A DNA stretch of 64,000 nt. It comes from DHVE2 group archaeon (GTDB taxonomy: Archaea > Thermoplasmatota > Thermoplasmata > Thermoplasmatales > Aciduliprofundaceae). The translations under genes were made by a program, and so were the position numbers. The notes beneath the pieces were generated by a model. The model did no database searches. It was not told where the DNA came from and saw nothing but the letters and a program-made list of their open reading frames with translations. The stretch spans positions 19,907 to 83,906 of the forward strand of contig JALVVV010000055.1 of assembly GCA_027023265.1 (NCBI GenBank), in the 5' to 3' direction. The stretch's first letter is position 1. Each line of letters starts with the position of its first letter. Below are positions 29,513-39,098 of the stretch, piece after piece.

Positions 29513-29734
29513 TTAGAACCAGGCGTCCAGCGGTTTTATATGGTCTCTCTCTTCCATTACAGGGGGAGATATGTTCTGGGACTTCATGCGCTCCATCCAT
29601 TCTTCTACCGTTTCCTCGTCGGCCAGGCGCACCCTCTTAAGTTCAAACTCGCATTCCGGGCAGTAAAGTGCAAGGGGATCATTGAGTTTTTTACCACAAA
29701 TAATACATCTGTTTTCCTCCATCGATGCCGCCAT
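29513..29734 (-). CDS. Small zinc-finger protein
   Basis: CIICG..YCPEC; C-terminal KPLDAWF; start uncertain. Confidence 0.6.
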   Translation of the reverse strand: MAASMEENRCIICGKKLNDPLALYCPECEFELKRVRLADEETVEEWMERMKSQNISPPVMEERDHIKPLDAWF

Positions 29735-29850
29735 GAGCTCCATAGAAATAAAGATTTGCGTTATAAAAAGGGGTAAGGGTAATAGTGGACATCTTCGTTC
29801 CGAGAAGTTTAAATATGGGATTGGGATTTTCGCCAGAGAGGTGAAAACTC

Positions 29851-30777
29851 ATGAAAAAGGATCTCATTTCCATCGTGGACATAAAAGAAGAATTGCCAGA
29901 GATAATAGACCTTGCCCTTGAAATGAAGAGAAGGCAAAAGATGGGCGAGAGGGAAATGCAGCAGGTGCTCAAAAATAGGAGCTTGGCCATGATATTTGAA
30001 AAACCAAGTACACGGACACGCGTAAGCTTTGAAGTGGCCATGACCCAGCTTGGGGGACATGCTCTTTACCTGTCGCCTCGGGATATGCAGCTTGGAAGGG
30101 GAGAGACGATTGCCGACACTGCAAAGGTTCTTTCAAGGTATGTGGATGCCATAGTTTACCGTGCGTACAAGCATGAGATGATGATGGAACTTGCGGAGAA
30201 TGCTACAGTTCCCGTGATAAACGCTCTTGATGATCTGGAGCATCCCTGTCAGATAGTTGCTGACTTGATGACAATAAAAGAGAAGAAGGGTGAGCTTGCA
30301 GGCCTTAAATTAGCTTATGTTGGTGATGGAAACAACGTGGCAAACTCGCTGATGTTGGGTGCGGCTATAATGGGAATGGATTTCTATATTGCATGTCCTG
30401 AAGGTTACGAGCCAAATAAGGATCTCACAGGCCTCGCAAAGAAGATAGCAAACGAGACAGGCGCAAAGGTAGTTATCACACACGATCCAGTAGAAGCTGT
30501 TAAAAACGCTGATGTGGTGTACACAGATGTGTGGGTTAGCATGGGTGACGAGGCAGAAAAGGAGAAAAGAATGAAAATATTCAAACCGTACCAGGTAAAC
30601 GAGGAACTTGTGAAGAATGCAAAATCTAACTACATATTCATGCACTGCTTGCCTGCCCATCGCGGTCTCGAAGTCACCGCTGAAGTCATTGATTCAAGGA
30701 ACAGCGTGGTATTTGATGAGGCTGAAAATAGACTTCATGCACAGAAAGCAATACTCGCGCGCATAATTAAACACTAA
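29851..30777 (+). CDS. argF: Ornithine carbamoyltransferase
   Basis: STRTR, HPCQ, DVWVSMG, HCLP, ENRLH. Confidence 0.96.
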   Translation: MKKDLISIVDIKEELPEIIDLALEMKRRQKMGEREMQQVLKNRSLAMIFEKPSTRTRVSFEVAMTQLGGHALYLSPRDMQLGRGETIADTAKVLSRYVDAIVYRAYKHEMMMELAENATVPVINALDDLEHPCQIVADLMTIKEKKGELAGLKLAYVGDGNNVANSLMLGAAIMGMDFYIACPEGYEPNKDLTGLAKKIANETGAKVVITHDPVEAVKNADVVYTDVWVSMGDEAEKEKRMKIFKPYQVNEELVKNAKSNYIFMHCLPAHRGLEVTAEVIDSRNSVVFDEAENRLHAQKAILARIIKH

Positions 30778-30786
30778 CCCAATTAA

Positions 30787-32478
30787 TCATTCTTTTCTTT
30801 TGAACATTTTTTCAAGATCATTGGGGGTGAACTTTATCATTGTTGGACGTCCGTGGGGACACGTGTATGGATTTTCGCATTTTAGAAGTTGGCCTATTAA
30901 GTCTTCCATCTCGTAGATGGATAACTTGTCGTGGGCCTTTATTGCTCCTTTGCAGGAGATTAATTTTATTATCTCATCTCTCTTCTTCTCTATATACTCC
31001 TTTCCTATAGCAATTATTCCCCTTATCACTTCAACCACATCATCCCTTTTCAAAATGGGGGGAATACCTCTAACAATAATGGCGCCATCTCCAAAGTCAT
31101 CTATTAGAAGGCAAAAATCCCTGAGTTTGTCTTTCATAGCTATGAGCTCTTGATAGTCCCGCACACCCAAATTTATTACAACAGGTTCTATTAGCTCCTG
31201 AATTTTATGCTCTCTCATCTCTGCTAAAAATTTCTCGTACCTTATGCGCTCGTGGGCTGCATGCTGGTCCACTATTATCAGTGAGTCACTTGATTTGGCA
31301 ATGATGTATGTGTCATCGAACTGGCCGAGTACCTCTATACCGGGAACTCTTGCGCGGGACAGGTAGTCAAACAGGCTCTTTTTCTTTCCTTTGTCCTCTA
31401 CATTGAATACCATCTGCCTTTCCTTTTTAACCTCTCCATATACCGGTTCTGAGACTTTTTTCGCATCTGTGTCTTTCTCCACGGGGATATTATCAGAGGC
31501 AGTTAGCTCTTCCCAGATTGCGTCTTCTATAACCTTCTTAATTGATTCTTCGTCCCTGAATTTAATAACGAATTTTGAAGGATGCACATTTACATCTATT
31601 TCCTCAGGCGGAACGTTCAAAATAAGCACCGCATAAGGATAAACGTCCCTGAACAGGAGCGTTCGGTATCCTTCTATTATGTAATGCGTAAGTGTGTAAT
31701 TTTTGACGTATCTTCCGTTGACGAAAGTTACTATCCTGTTTTTATCCTTTCTGGTCATGTATGGCTTGGAAAAAAATCCCCTGAAACTCACCTTTCCCTC
31801 TCTTTTGATTTCGACCATGCTTCTGGCAACGTCCTTGCCCCACAGGGTAGATATCCTGTTGATAAGGGGGCCTGGCGGCACGTCAAATACCTTGCGTCCG
31901 TTGTGATATAGGGAGAAATGAATGTTCTCGTATAATAGTGCGTATTTCTCCATAATACCCATGATTTGCCCGAACTCGTATCTCTCCCCTTTTAAAAATT
32001 TAAGTCTGGCAGGGGTATTGTAAAAAAGTGAGCGCACAGCAATGCTTGTTCCAGGAGGGCATCCGGCGGGCTCTACTTTCAAAACAGTGCCACCATTTAT
32101 TATTATGTGCGTGCCCACAGGCGATTCATATGGTCTGGTAAGAAGCTCTACTTTTGAAACGGCCGCTATGCTGGGCAATGCCTCTCCCCTGAATCCCAGA
32201 GTACGTATGTTGCACAGATCTTTTTCATCTTGTATTTTGCTGGTGGCATGTCTTTCAAATGCCAGTTTTGCCTCTTCTTCTGTCATTCCTATTCCATTAT
32301 CAACAACTCGTATCTCCTCTAATCCTCCTTTCTTGATGTATACAGATATCTTTGTAGCGCGGGCATCTATGCTATTTTCGACAAGTTCCTTTACCACGCT
32401 TGCAGGGCGCTCCACAACTTCCCCTGCTGCTATCTTTTCTACCAGTGTTCTTGGGAGAATTTTTATTTTAGAGCTCAC
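30787..32478 (-). CDS. mutL: DNA mismatch repair endonuclease MutL
   Basis: IAAGEVVERPASVVKELVENS, GFRGEAL, DVNVHP, DQHAAHERIRYE, SCK, CPHGRP. Confidence 0.97.
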   Translation of the reverse strand: MSSKIKILPRTLVEKIAAGEVVERPASVVKELVENSIDARATKISVYIKKGGLEEIRVVDNGIGMTEEEAKLAFERHATSKIQDEKDLCNIRTLGFRGEALPSIAAVSKVELLTRPYESPVGTHIIINGGTVLKVEPAGCPPGTSIAVRSLFYNTPARLKFLKGERYEFGQIMGIMEKYALLYENIHFSLYHNGRKVFDVPPGPLINRISTLWGKDVARSMVEIKREGKVSFRGFFSKPYMTRKDKNRIVTFVNGRYVKNYTLTHYIIEGYRTLLFRDVYPYAVLILNVPPEEIDVNVHPSKFVIKFRDEESIKKVIEDAIWEELTASDNIPVEKDTDAKKVSEPVYGEVKKERQMVFNVEDKGKKKSLFDYLSRARVPGIEVLGQFDDTYIIAKSSDSLIIVDQHAAHERIRYEKFLAEMREHKIQELIEPVVINLGVRDYQELIAMKDKLRDFCLLIDDFGDGAIIVRGIPPILKRDDVVEVIRGIIAIGKEYIEKKRDEIIKLISCKGAIKAHDKLSIYEMEDLIGQLLKCENPYTCPHGRPTMIKFTPNDLEKMFKRKE

Positions 32479-32522
32479 AGCCTCATATCACCTCCAACAA
32501 TAAATATGTTTTCTAAGTGCCA

Positions 32523-33332
32523 TTATTTCATCTCCTTTCTCGCAAATATCACAGTACCTAATATTGCCGATGCAATGAAGTACACGAACATAATTGCGAT
32601 ACCTTCCCATATGTATGGGTTATAAACAGTAAGAGTCATAGCATTTCCTGCGTGTATTATCTGTTTGTGAGGGTAATCTCCAATATAACTTCCCCGTAAT
32701 ACCAGTGTTATTATGCTGGCACCATAGGTCAGTGAAAACCAGGGCTCCACACCGGCCACCTGCGAGAGCCCATTTATTATATTGAATACAAAAAAGTATA
32801 TTATGGCAACTATTGTTATGGAGACGGCTCCGTTTTTAAAGAATGTAGAGAATAGATATGTGAAAGCCATTAAGCTTAATAGAAATATGAAAGAGTACAT
32901 TACTGAATAAATATATTCTGAGGGAACTTTCCCGTGAAAATAAGCGGTGTATATCGCACCGGATATGAAATAGAGTATGAGCACCAGTGAACTGGCCACT
33001 ATGGATGCTACGAACTTTCCCCAGTATATTACATGGCGTTTTATGGGATTTGGAAACAGCAAATATCCAGTTTTGTTCTGAAACTCTGATGATATGGCGT
33101 CACCTCCGAAGAAAAGGGCAGTTAAGACAACAAGTATTTCCGAAAAGCTAGCAAAGTTATTTGCTGTGTTCTTTGGAGTCTCAAATGATGGATTGCCAAA
33201 ATATGCATTGATACTCACTATCAATGCAATTACTATAACTGTGATTAAAAGGATTATGTAAATTCTCCTTGACCTGATGTAGTTTTTGAAATGGTACCTG
33301 CTCATTATAATCATTTGACGCAAATCACTCAT
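32523..33332 (-). CDS. ABC-2 type transporter permease
   Basis: ISSEFQNKTGYLLF..P..R..IYWGKF, about 6 TM segments. Confidence 0.9.
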   Translation of the reverse strand: MSDLRQMIIMSRYHFKNYIRSRRIYIILLITVIVIALIVSINAYFGNPSFETPKNTANNFASFSEILVVLTALFFGGDAISSEFQNKTGYLLFPNPIKRHVIYWGKFVASIVASSLVLILYFISGAIYTAYFHGKVPSEYIYSVMYSFIFLLSLMAFTYLFSTFFKNGAVSITIVAIIYFFVFNIINGLSQVAGVEPWFSLTYGASIITLVLRGSYIGDYPHKQIIHAGNAMTLTVYNPYIWEGIAIMFVYFIASAILGTVIFARKEMK

Positions 33333-34239
33333 TTATTTCCCCACCTATCATCTCGAGATATGCTTTTTCCAGGGGCATTCCCGAAAGGCGATAATCCACA
33401 ACTTTTACGCCGGAAGAAAGCAGCTTTGATAAAAGAAGATAACGGGTATTGTCATCTCCCTCAAATTCTATTTTTATCTTTTTAGGTGAGAGCTTTTCCA
33501 CGGATTTTACCATGTCAATGGCTCTCACTCTTTCCTCGTCAATGTCATTGAGCGCTGTAACCATTACAGAGTTTTCTCTAAATTTATTGTTGAGATTATC
33601 AATGCTTTCGTAGAGCAATAACTTGCCATGGTTAATCATGGCTACCTCCTCGCATACATCTGTAACTTCTGGGAGAAGATGTGAAGACATTAGTATCATT
33701 CTTTTTTCCTTCTTAAGAGATTTTATTACTTCTCTGATTTCCGCCATTCCTCGCGGGTCCATGCCAGATGTGGGTTCATCAAGAATAAGAATTTCTGGAT
33801 TTGTTATGAGTGCAGCGGCAAGAGCAACTCTTTGCTTCATGCCCTTTGAAAATTTACCAGTCTTTTTGTTTCTCCACTCGTACATGCCTACTTCTTCAAG
33901 TGCAGACTTTATATCGCAATTACTGGCCATTCTGAGTTCACATAACATTTGCAGAAGTTCCGAAGGTGTAAGGTACGGATACAGACCCGGGGTTTCTATT
34001 AAAGTTCCAACATTGCTCAATGCTTTTGTTGATTCATCTTTCACGCTGTACCCGTTTATTATGGCTTTTCCACTGGTGGGGTTTAGCAAGTTGGTAAAAA
34101 GTTTCAATGTTGTGGTTTTCCCAGCGCCATTTGGCCCCAGGTATCCTATGCACTTTGCACCTTCAAATTTCACATTCAATTCCTTGAGTGCAAAGAAATT
34201 ACCGTATTTTTTTGTAAGGTTAATTGCTTCTATGTACAA
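33325..34239 (-). CDS. ABC transporter ATP-binding protein
   Basis: GPNGAGKTT, FSKGMKQR, LDEPTSG, SSH; probable TTG start behind a GAGGTGAT SD. Confidence 0.93.
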   Translation of the reverse strand: MYIEAINLTKKYGNFFALKELNVKFEGAKCIGYLGPNGAGKTTTLKLFTNLLNPTSGKAIINGYSVKDESTKALSNVGTLIETPGLYPYLTPSELLQMLCELRMASNCDIKSALEEVGMYEWRNKKTGKFSKGMKQRVALAAALITNPEILILDEPTSGMDPRGMAEIREVIKSLKKEKRMILMSSHLLPEVTDVCEEVAMINHGKLLLYESIDNLNNKFRENSVMVTALNDIDEERVRAIDMVKSVEKLSPKKIKIEFEGDDNTRYLLLSKLLSSGVKVVDYRLSGMPLEKAYLEMIGGEINE

Positions 34240-34243
34240 TGTA

Positions 34244-34711
34244 TCACCTCTTCTTTCTCTCCCTGAGCAAAAGTATGATACCTGCCACAATCACTATTAT
34301 TCCGGTGATGCAAACTCCTGAGCTCTCCAAGAGTGTTTTTCCAAGAGATAACAGCTTCTCCTGACTCTCAAATACCACCGCCACTTGAGCTGTGGAATTT
34401 TCAGGGTTCTCTATTTTCAGGGTGTAATTTCCTTGAAGGTTGCCGAGAACGTGGGTATCTTCCGTTACATTGTTTTCTTGGAGAATGTTTCCAGAAGAAT
34501 TTGAGAGGAAATAATTAATTTTAATATTTGACTTGATAACCAGCGTATAGTTTCCCCCATGTATGTTGTATTTCAGCACTTTTGTTTGATTAGGTTCCAC
34601 ACTCACATTTTTCTCAATCGTTTCCATGCCCTTCATGGAAAAGGCCAAAATACCCACCGCCGCCATCACTATTATAAAGCCAATTAGCAGTATAACCACA
34701 CCCATTCTCAT
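34244..34711 (-). CDS. Membrane protein with a beta-rich, N-glycosylation-sequon-rich external domain
   Basis: N- and C-terminal TM helices; several NxS/T sequons. Confidence 0.75.
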   Translation of the reverse strand: MRMGVVILLIGFIIVMAAVGILAFSMKGMETIEKNVSVEPNQTKVLKYNIHGGNYTLVIKSNIKINYFLSNSSGNILQENNVTEDTHVLGNLQGNYTLKIENPENSTAQVAVVFESQEKLLSLGKTLLESSGVCITGIIVIVAGIILLLRERKKR

Positions 34712-34712
34712 C

Positions 34713-35537
34713 TCAAATCACCTCCTTTTTTTTATTCCATTTGTATATCATATACCCTATGGGTAGGAAAATGAGGAATAGCATTAAGGCCATGAACCAT
34801 GTCCAGGGGACAATGGTTTTTCTCAAAGCGTAAATGTATATGGAATAATACACAAAAATTAGAATCACTGACATGATGTTCATAGAAAGAACAGTGGCCT
34901 TCAAGAGGGTATCCTTGGGAAATCTCATTTTGCCGGGATGAATGTACATGGGATATTTTTTCCCCAAGTAAATGAACAGGTATGAAACGCCCGGGGATAT
35001 TAGGGAGAAAAGAGAATACGAGACTATAAATGATGATTTTGTGCTCCATCCGTTTGGATTACCGTACGAGTCAAAATGCACTGCTATAATTTCTGGTAAA
35101 GAGGGATATGTCATAATCTCGAATATTATTAATACAAGGTAAAAAATGAGAGGGGATAGCACCCACACGTATCCCAGCTCTATGCTTTCTATTTTTTTAT
35201 ATGACACGTTTTCTGATTTTGCGCCCTTCATTTCAAGGTGTATTGAAGCGTATCTTATCCCAAAGGGTATGAATGCTATCAGGGGTATGGTGAGAAGTAA
35301 GGTATATGGTAACAGGAAATTCGGGAGCAATGCTGCAGGAAGTAGAAGGAGAGAGTGCGCAATGATGAATTTTCCCATGAGCCTGTTTGTCCCGTTCCAC
35401 ACATCTTTGTCTGCGAAGGTGTATCCTATTTTAAATCCAAAATATGGGTTTGGCCCCACTTTCGGGGCAAGCCAGAATTCCATAATTCCGGTTATTAAGT
35501 ATAGTGAATTAATAATCAAAATTAGTATGTTAACCAA
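34713..35537 (-). CDS. SdpI/DUF1648-like membrane protein
   Basis: PNPYFGFKI..W..TNR (SdpI-like) and YPSLPE.IAVHF..G.PNGW (DUF1648-like). Confidence 0.82.
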   Translation of the reverse strand: MVNILILIINSLYLITGIMEFWLAPKVGPNPYFGFKIGYTFADKDVWNGTNRLMGKFIIAHSLLLLPAALLPNFLLPYTLLLTIPLIAFIPFGIRYASIHLEMKGAKSENVSYKKIESIELGYVWVLSPLIFYLVLIIFEIMTYPSLPEIIAVHFDSYGNPNGWSTKSSFIVSYSLFSLISPGVSYLFIYLGKKYPMYIHPGKMRFPKDTLLKATVLSMNIMSVILIFVYYSIYIYALRKTIVPWTWFMALMLFLIFLPIGYMIYKWNKKKEVI

Positions 35538-35879
35538 TCAATCACCCCTTATTATTCTATTTGCTGCTCTCATTAATTTTTTGTAGTCTTCAATTAAATT
35601 AATCAACAGGAGCCTTCCCTCTTCTGTGAGTGTGTAATACTTGCGCGGCACTCCCGTGTTAGGCTCTGTCCAGTATGCTTTGAGAACTCTTTTTTTGACT
35701 AAATATCTCAATACCGGGTAAATTGTAGCGTCTTTGAGCTCTATTCCAGCTATGTTGTTAACGTACTTTTGTATTTCGTATCCGTACGTTTCTCCAAGTT
35801 CATCAATTACTTTAAGAATGAGTAGTGCGTATATCCCAGAGCGCATTTCTCTGTTGATTTTCTCTCTTACTTTCTCCAT
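35538..35879 (-). CDS. PadR-family transcriptional regulator
   Basis: YGYEI..ATIYPVL..L..W..PRKYYTLTEEG. Confidence 0.93.
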   Translation of the reverse strand: MEKVREKINREMRSGIYALLILKVIDELGETYGYEIQKYVNNIAGIELKDATIYPVLRYLVKKRVLKAYWTEPNTGVPRKYYTLTEEGRLLLINLIEDYKKLMRAANRIIRGD

Positions 35880-35899
35880 ACATAACACCGTTATGTATG
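35877..35899. promoter_or_regulatory. Perfect 10-bp inverted repeat over the padR start, putative operator
   Basis: CATACATAAC-ACC-GTTATGTATG between TATA (TTAAATAA, minus strand, ~35920-35927) and ATG. Confidence 0.6.
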
Positions 35900-36044
35900 T
35901 TCTATCGTTATAGATGCCTTTATTTAAGTTTTTTGTAAAGCACATCCGTGAGGCTTTGCTTGACAATTTATGGGCGGTATTGAGTAACTCTTCTTTCTTG
36001 AGAGGTAGACGAATAATTTATAAGGAGAATGTCATGGGGGTAAC

Positions 36045-36119
36045 GGGCGCGTGGCCTAGCCAGGACATGGCGGCAGCCTCCTAAGCTGCAAGTCGCGGGT
36101 TCGAATCCCGCCGCGCCCG
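36045..36119 (+). tRNA. tRNA-Arg (CCT)
   Basis: GGGCGCG..GCAGC-CTCCTAA-GCTGC..GGTTCGAATCC..CGCGCCC-G. Confidence 0.97.
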
Positions 36120-36132
36120 CTGGGTGGCAATT

Positions 36133-36456
36133 ATGGCCGAGTTGAATATTGGTGTGGAAGAGAAAATAAAGCTTGAAAAGTTGTTTCCAAAGGCTGACGT
36201 TGTGAGGATGGTTTCGAAGCATTCACCCCTGTACTACGGGAATATATATCCTATTGATGCAAAATACAAGCCGCTTTTAGGGGTGTTTTTTTACTTTGAT
36301 AACGAGAAGGTATATACATACCACGATGGTTTTGTGTGGATTGCTCCCGAAGACAGAATTTATATGAAAATAATGAACGTGCTAACTCTGACGGGAGATG
36401 GAAGAATAAGGATTGAGGGCGGAATGGAGTATTACTTTGGTGTGGAAAAGATTTAG
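36133..36456 (+). CDS. Hypothetical protein
   Basis: ORF starting 13 nt after tRNA-Arg, GGGTGG SD-like site. Confidence 0.65.
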   Translation: MAELNIGVEEKIKLEKLFPKADVVRMVSKHSPLYYGNIYPIDAKYKPLLGVFFYFDNEKVYTYHDGFVWIAPEDRIYMKIMNVLTLTGDGRIRIEGGMEYYFGVEKI

Positions 36457-37322
36457 ACATCCACTCCAAAAACTGCCCTTATGACCACACCAATTAGAAA
36501 TGATACTGCAGCTATACCGAAGCTTATTGCCACCATTTCCATAAACAGTCTCTTGAAAGAGAGCTCTTTTACGACCGATACGAAAAATGTGAACAGCGAT
36601 ATGGCAAATACTCCCGCGAGAAGCGTGCCAAATAGCGCGTAGTAGTAGTTTTCAAGCAAAAAATATGGAAGAATGAGAATTACCACCGTTAGAAAATATG
36701 CCACTCCCGTATATGTGGCGGCCTTGCCTGGTTTCTCAAATTTTTCTGATTTTCTTGATAGGTACTCTGATGATGCCATTGACATTGCTGCCGCTAACCC
36801 GGTGATTAACCCAACAACACCGGTAAGCTTTGTGTTTTGAAGTGCAAAAGTTAATCCTGCAAGAGCACCGGTGAGTTCAACAAGCGCATCGTTTAGTCCT
36901 AAAACCATAGAACCTACGTAATCTATTTTTTCTTCTTTAATCATGGATATCAAGGCACGCTCGTGTTCTACTTCATCATCAATTATTTCGTCAATTCCAT
37001 CTATTATACCTTTGAGGGAACTGTACGCTTCCTGGGCTTCTTCTTCACCTGTCTCCATCATCTTTATGGCAAAGGTAACTCCAAATATTCTGGAGAGAAA
37101 TATGTACTTTTTTATCTTCCAGTGATCTGGTTCAATATCTTCTCCGGTGTATTTGCGCCAGAATCTGTAATGCCCAAGTTCTTCGTTTGCAATTTTTTCT
37201 AACAGTTTTCTATTTTTTCTGTCAATATTTGCAAGTTTTTTATAAACTTCGTACTCCGTTATCTCGTTTCTCTGAAAAGTACGAATCTTACTTTCAATCG
37301 ATGAGTCCAGAGACCCTAACAT
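36453..37322 (-). CDS. Ferritin-like domain + VIT1/CCC1 metal transporter
   Basis: NEITE..EELGH..DEVEHE diiron-like motifs; VLGLNDALVELTG, SMASSEYLS. Confidence 0.9.
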   Translation of the reverse strand: MLGSLDSSIESKIRTFQRNEITEYEVYKKLANIDRKNRKLLEKIANEELGHYRFWRKYTGEDIEPDHWKIKKYIFLSRIFGVTFAIKMMETGEEEAQEAYSSLKGIIDGIDEIIDDEVEHERALISMIKEEKIDYVGSMVLGLNDALVELTGALAGLTFALQNTKLTGVVGLITGLAAAMSMASSEYLSRKSEKFEKPGKAATYTGVAYFLTVVILILPYFLLENYYYALFGTLLAGVFAISLFTFFVSVVKELSFKRLFMEMVAISFGIAAVSFLIGVVIRAVFGVDV

Positions 37323-37362
37323 ATACTTAAAACGGAAAGTAAATATAAATAGATTGCGAGGC

Positions 37363-37677
37363 TCAGGACTTGAGCTCAATTTCTATATGTATTCCATCAG
37401 GAATCTGGATGCGCATTAACTGCCTCAGAGCACGCTCATCGGCATCAATATCTATCAACCTTTTATGTACGCGCATCTCCCAGCGCTCCCATGTCTCAGA
37501 ACCCTCTCCGTCGGGAGCCTTTCTTATGGGCACCACAAGCCTCTTCGTGGGAAGCGGTATTGGGCCATGCATCTCCACACCTGTTCTCTTGGCTATGGTG
37601 CGAATCTGGTCGCATACCTCATCAACCCTTTTGTGGTCGATGCCGCTTAGTTTTATTCTTGCTCTGTAGACAGCCAT
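37363..37677 (-). CDS. rps10: 30S ribosomal protein S10 (uS10)
   Basis: [34 protein letters not shown]. Confidence 0.98.
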   Translation of the reverse strand: MAVYRARIKLSGIDHKRVDEVCDQIRTIAKRTGVEMHGPIPLPTKRLVVPIRKAPDGEGSETWERWEMRVHKRLIDIDADERALRQLMRIQIPDGIHIEIELKS

Positions 37678-37703
37678 AAAAATCACCAAAAATAAAAAGG
37701 GGT

Positions 37704-38975
37704 TTAGAATTCTTTCTTCTCGACCTCAATGCACTGCCCTGCAGCTACGGTCTGGCCCATATCTCTAACGGCAAACCTGCCAAGCTGTGGAATTTCCTTT
37801 ACGGGCTCTATGACCATTGGTCTGGTGGGGCGAATCTTCACTATTGCTATGTCTCCGGTCTTTATGAAATCTGGGTGGTCCTGTTTGGTAGAGCCAGTTC
37901 TCGGATCGAGGGTCTTTATGATTTCTTCAAATGTGCATGCAACCTGTGCGGTATGGGCGTGGAACACAGGTGTGTATCCCGGTGCGATAACGCTTGGATG
38001 GTTCAGCACGACTATCTGCGCGGTGAACGTCTTGGCCACTGTGGGCGGGTTGTTGCTGTGTCCTGCCACGTCTCCTCTCCTTATGTCCTTCTTGCCCACG
38101 CCTCTTACGTTGAACCCAACGTTGTCTCCAGGATACGCTTCTTTCATTGCCTGGTGGTGCATCTCTATGCTTTTAACTTCTCCACCTACATTTGCAGGCA
38201 TGAATGTTACCTTATCACCCACCTTGAGAACTCCTGTCTCAACGCGGCCCACCGGCACGGTTCCTATTCCTGTTATGCTGTAAACGTCCTGTACAGGTAG
38301 GCGAAGTGGCTTGTCAGTTGGCTTCGGCGGAAGCTTCAATCCATTCAGGAGCTCTATGAGCGTGGGGCCATTCCACCATGGCATGTTCTCGCTCTTCTTC
38401 ATTACGTTATCTCCCTTGTAACCGCTAATCGGAATGATGGGCACGTCCTTCCATCCTATCATGGCCAGCAGCTTCTCCACCTGCTTCTTAACTTCCTCAA
38501 ATCTCTCCTTGCTGTAGGGTGGCTTTGTTGCATCCATCTTGTTTATGGCAACTATGAGCTGTGGAACGCCCAGTGTCCTGGCGAGGAACAGGTGCTCTTT
38601 GGTCTGCTCCATAACACCCTCAGGTGCAGCTACTATGAGTATGGCCGCATCTGCCTGAGATGTACCTGTAATCATGTTCTTCACGAAATCCCTGTGCCCC
38701 GGGGCATCGATTATCGTGAAATAGTACTTGTCCGTAACGAACTTGCGGTGTGCTACATCTATTGTCACACCTCTCTCTCTCTCCTCCTTCAGGCGGTCCA
38801 TAACCCATGCGAACTCGAAAGTAGCCTTACCCTTCTCTTCAGCTTCCTTTCTGTAGTTCTCTATTATTCTCTGGTCAATTTCGCCATGCTCGTACAGCAG
38901 TCTTCCCACAGTGGTTGACTTGCCGTGGTCCACATGTCCGATGAACACGATATTCATATGTGGTTTTTCTGCCAT
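37704..38975 (-). CDS. tuf: Elongation factor EF-1 alpha
   Basis: [36 protein letters not shown]. Confidence 0.99.
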   Translation of the reverse strand: MAEKPHMNIVFIGHVDHGKSTTVGRLLYEHGEIDQRIIENYRKEAEEKGKATFEFAWVMDRLKEERERGVTIDVAHRKFVTDKYYFTIIDAPGHRDFVKNMITGTSQADAAILIVAAPEGVMEQTKEHLFLARTLGVPQLIVAINKMDATKPPYSKERFEEVKKQVEKLLAMIGWKDVPIIPISGYKGDNVMKKSENMPWWNGPTLIELLNGLKLPPKPTDKPLRLPVQDVYSITGIGTVPVGRVETGVLKVGDKVTFMPANVGGEVKSIEMHHQAMKEAYPGDNVGFNVRGVGKKDIRRGDVAGHSNNPPTVAKTFTAQIVVLNHPSVIAPGYTPVFHAHTAQVACTFEEIIKTLDPRTGSTKQDHPDFIKTGDIAIVKIRPTRPMVIEPVKEIPQLGRFAVRDMGQTVAAGQCIEVEKKEF

Positions 38976-39020
38976 TTTTAATACCTCCTATTCGGTTTTC
39001 GCACTCCCATATACTCATTG

Positions 39021-39037
39021 TATATAAATGCTTTTGC
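39021..39037 (-). promoter_or_regulatory. BRE/TATA promoter of tuf-rps10
   Basis: Minus strand GCAAAAGCA-TTTATATA about 45 nt upstream of the ATG; GGAGGT SD at 38983-38988. Confidence 0.65.
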
Positions 39038-39098
39038 CATACATTACTTGTGAATCTCTGGAACAACTTAAAGAATGTTTATCGGTTATTGTTGGTTG

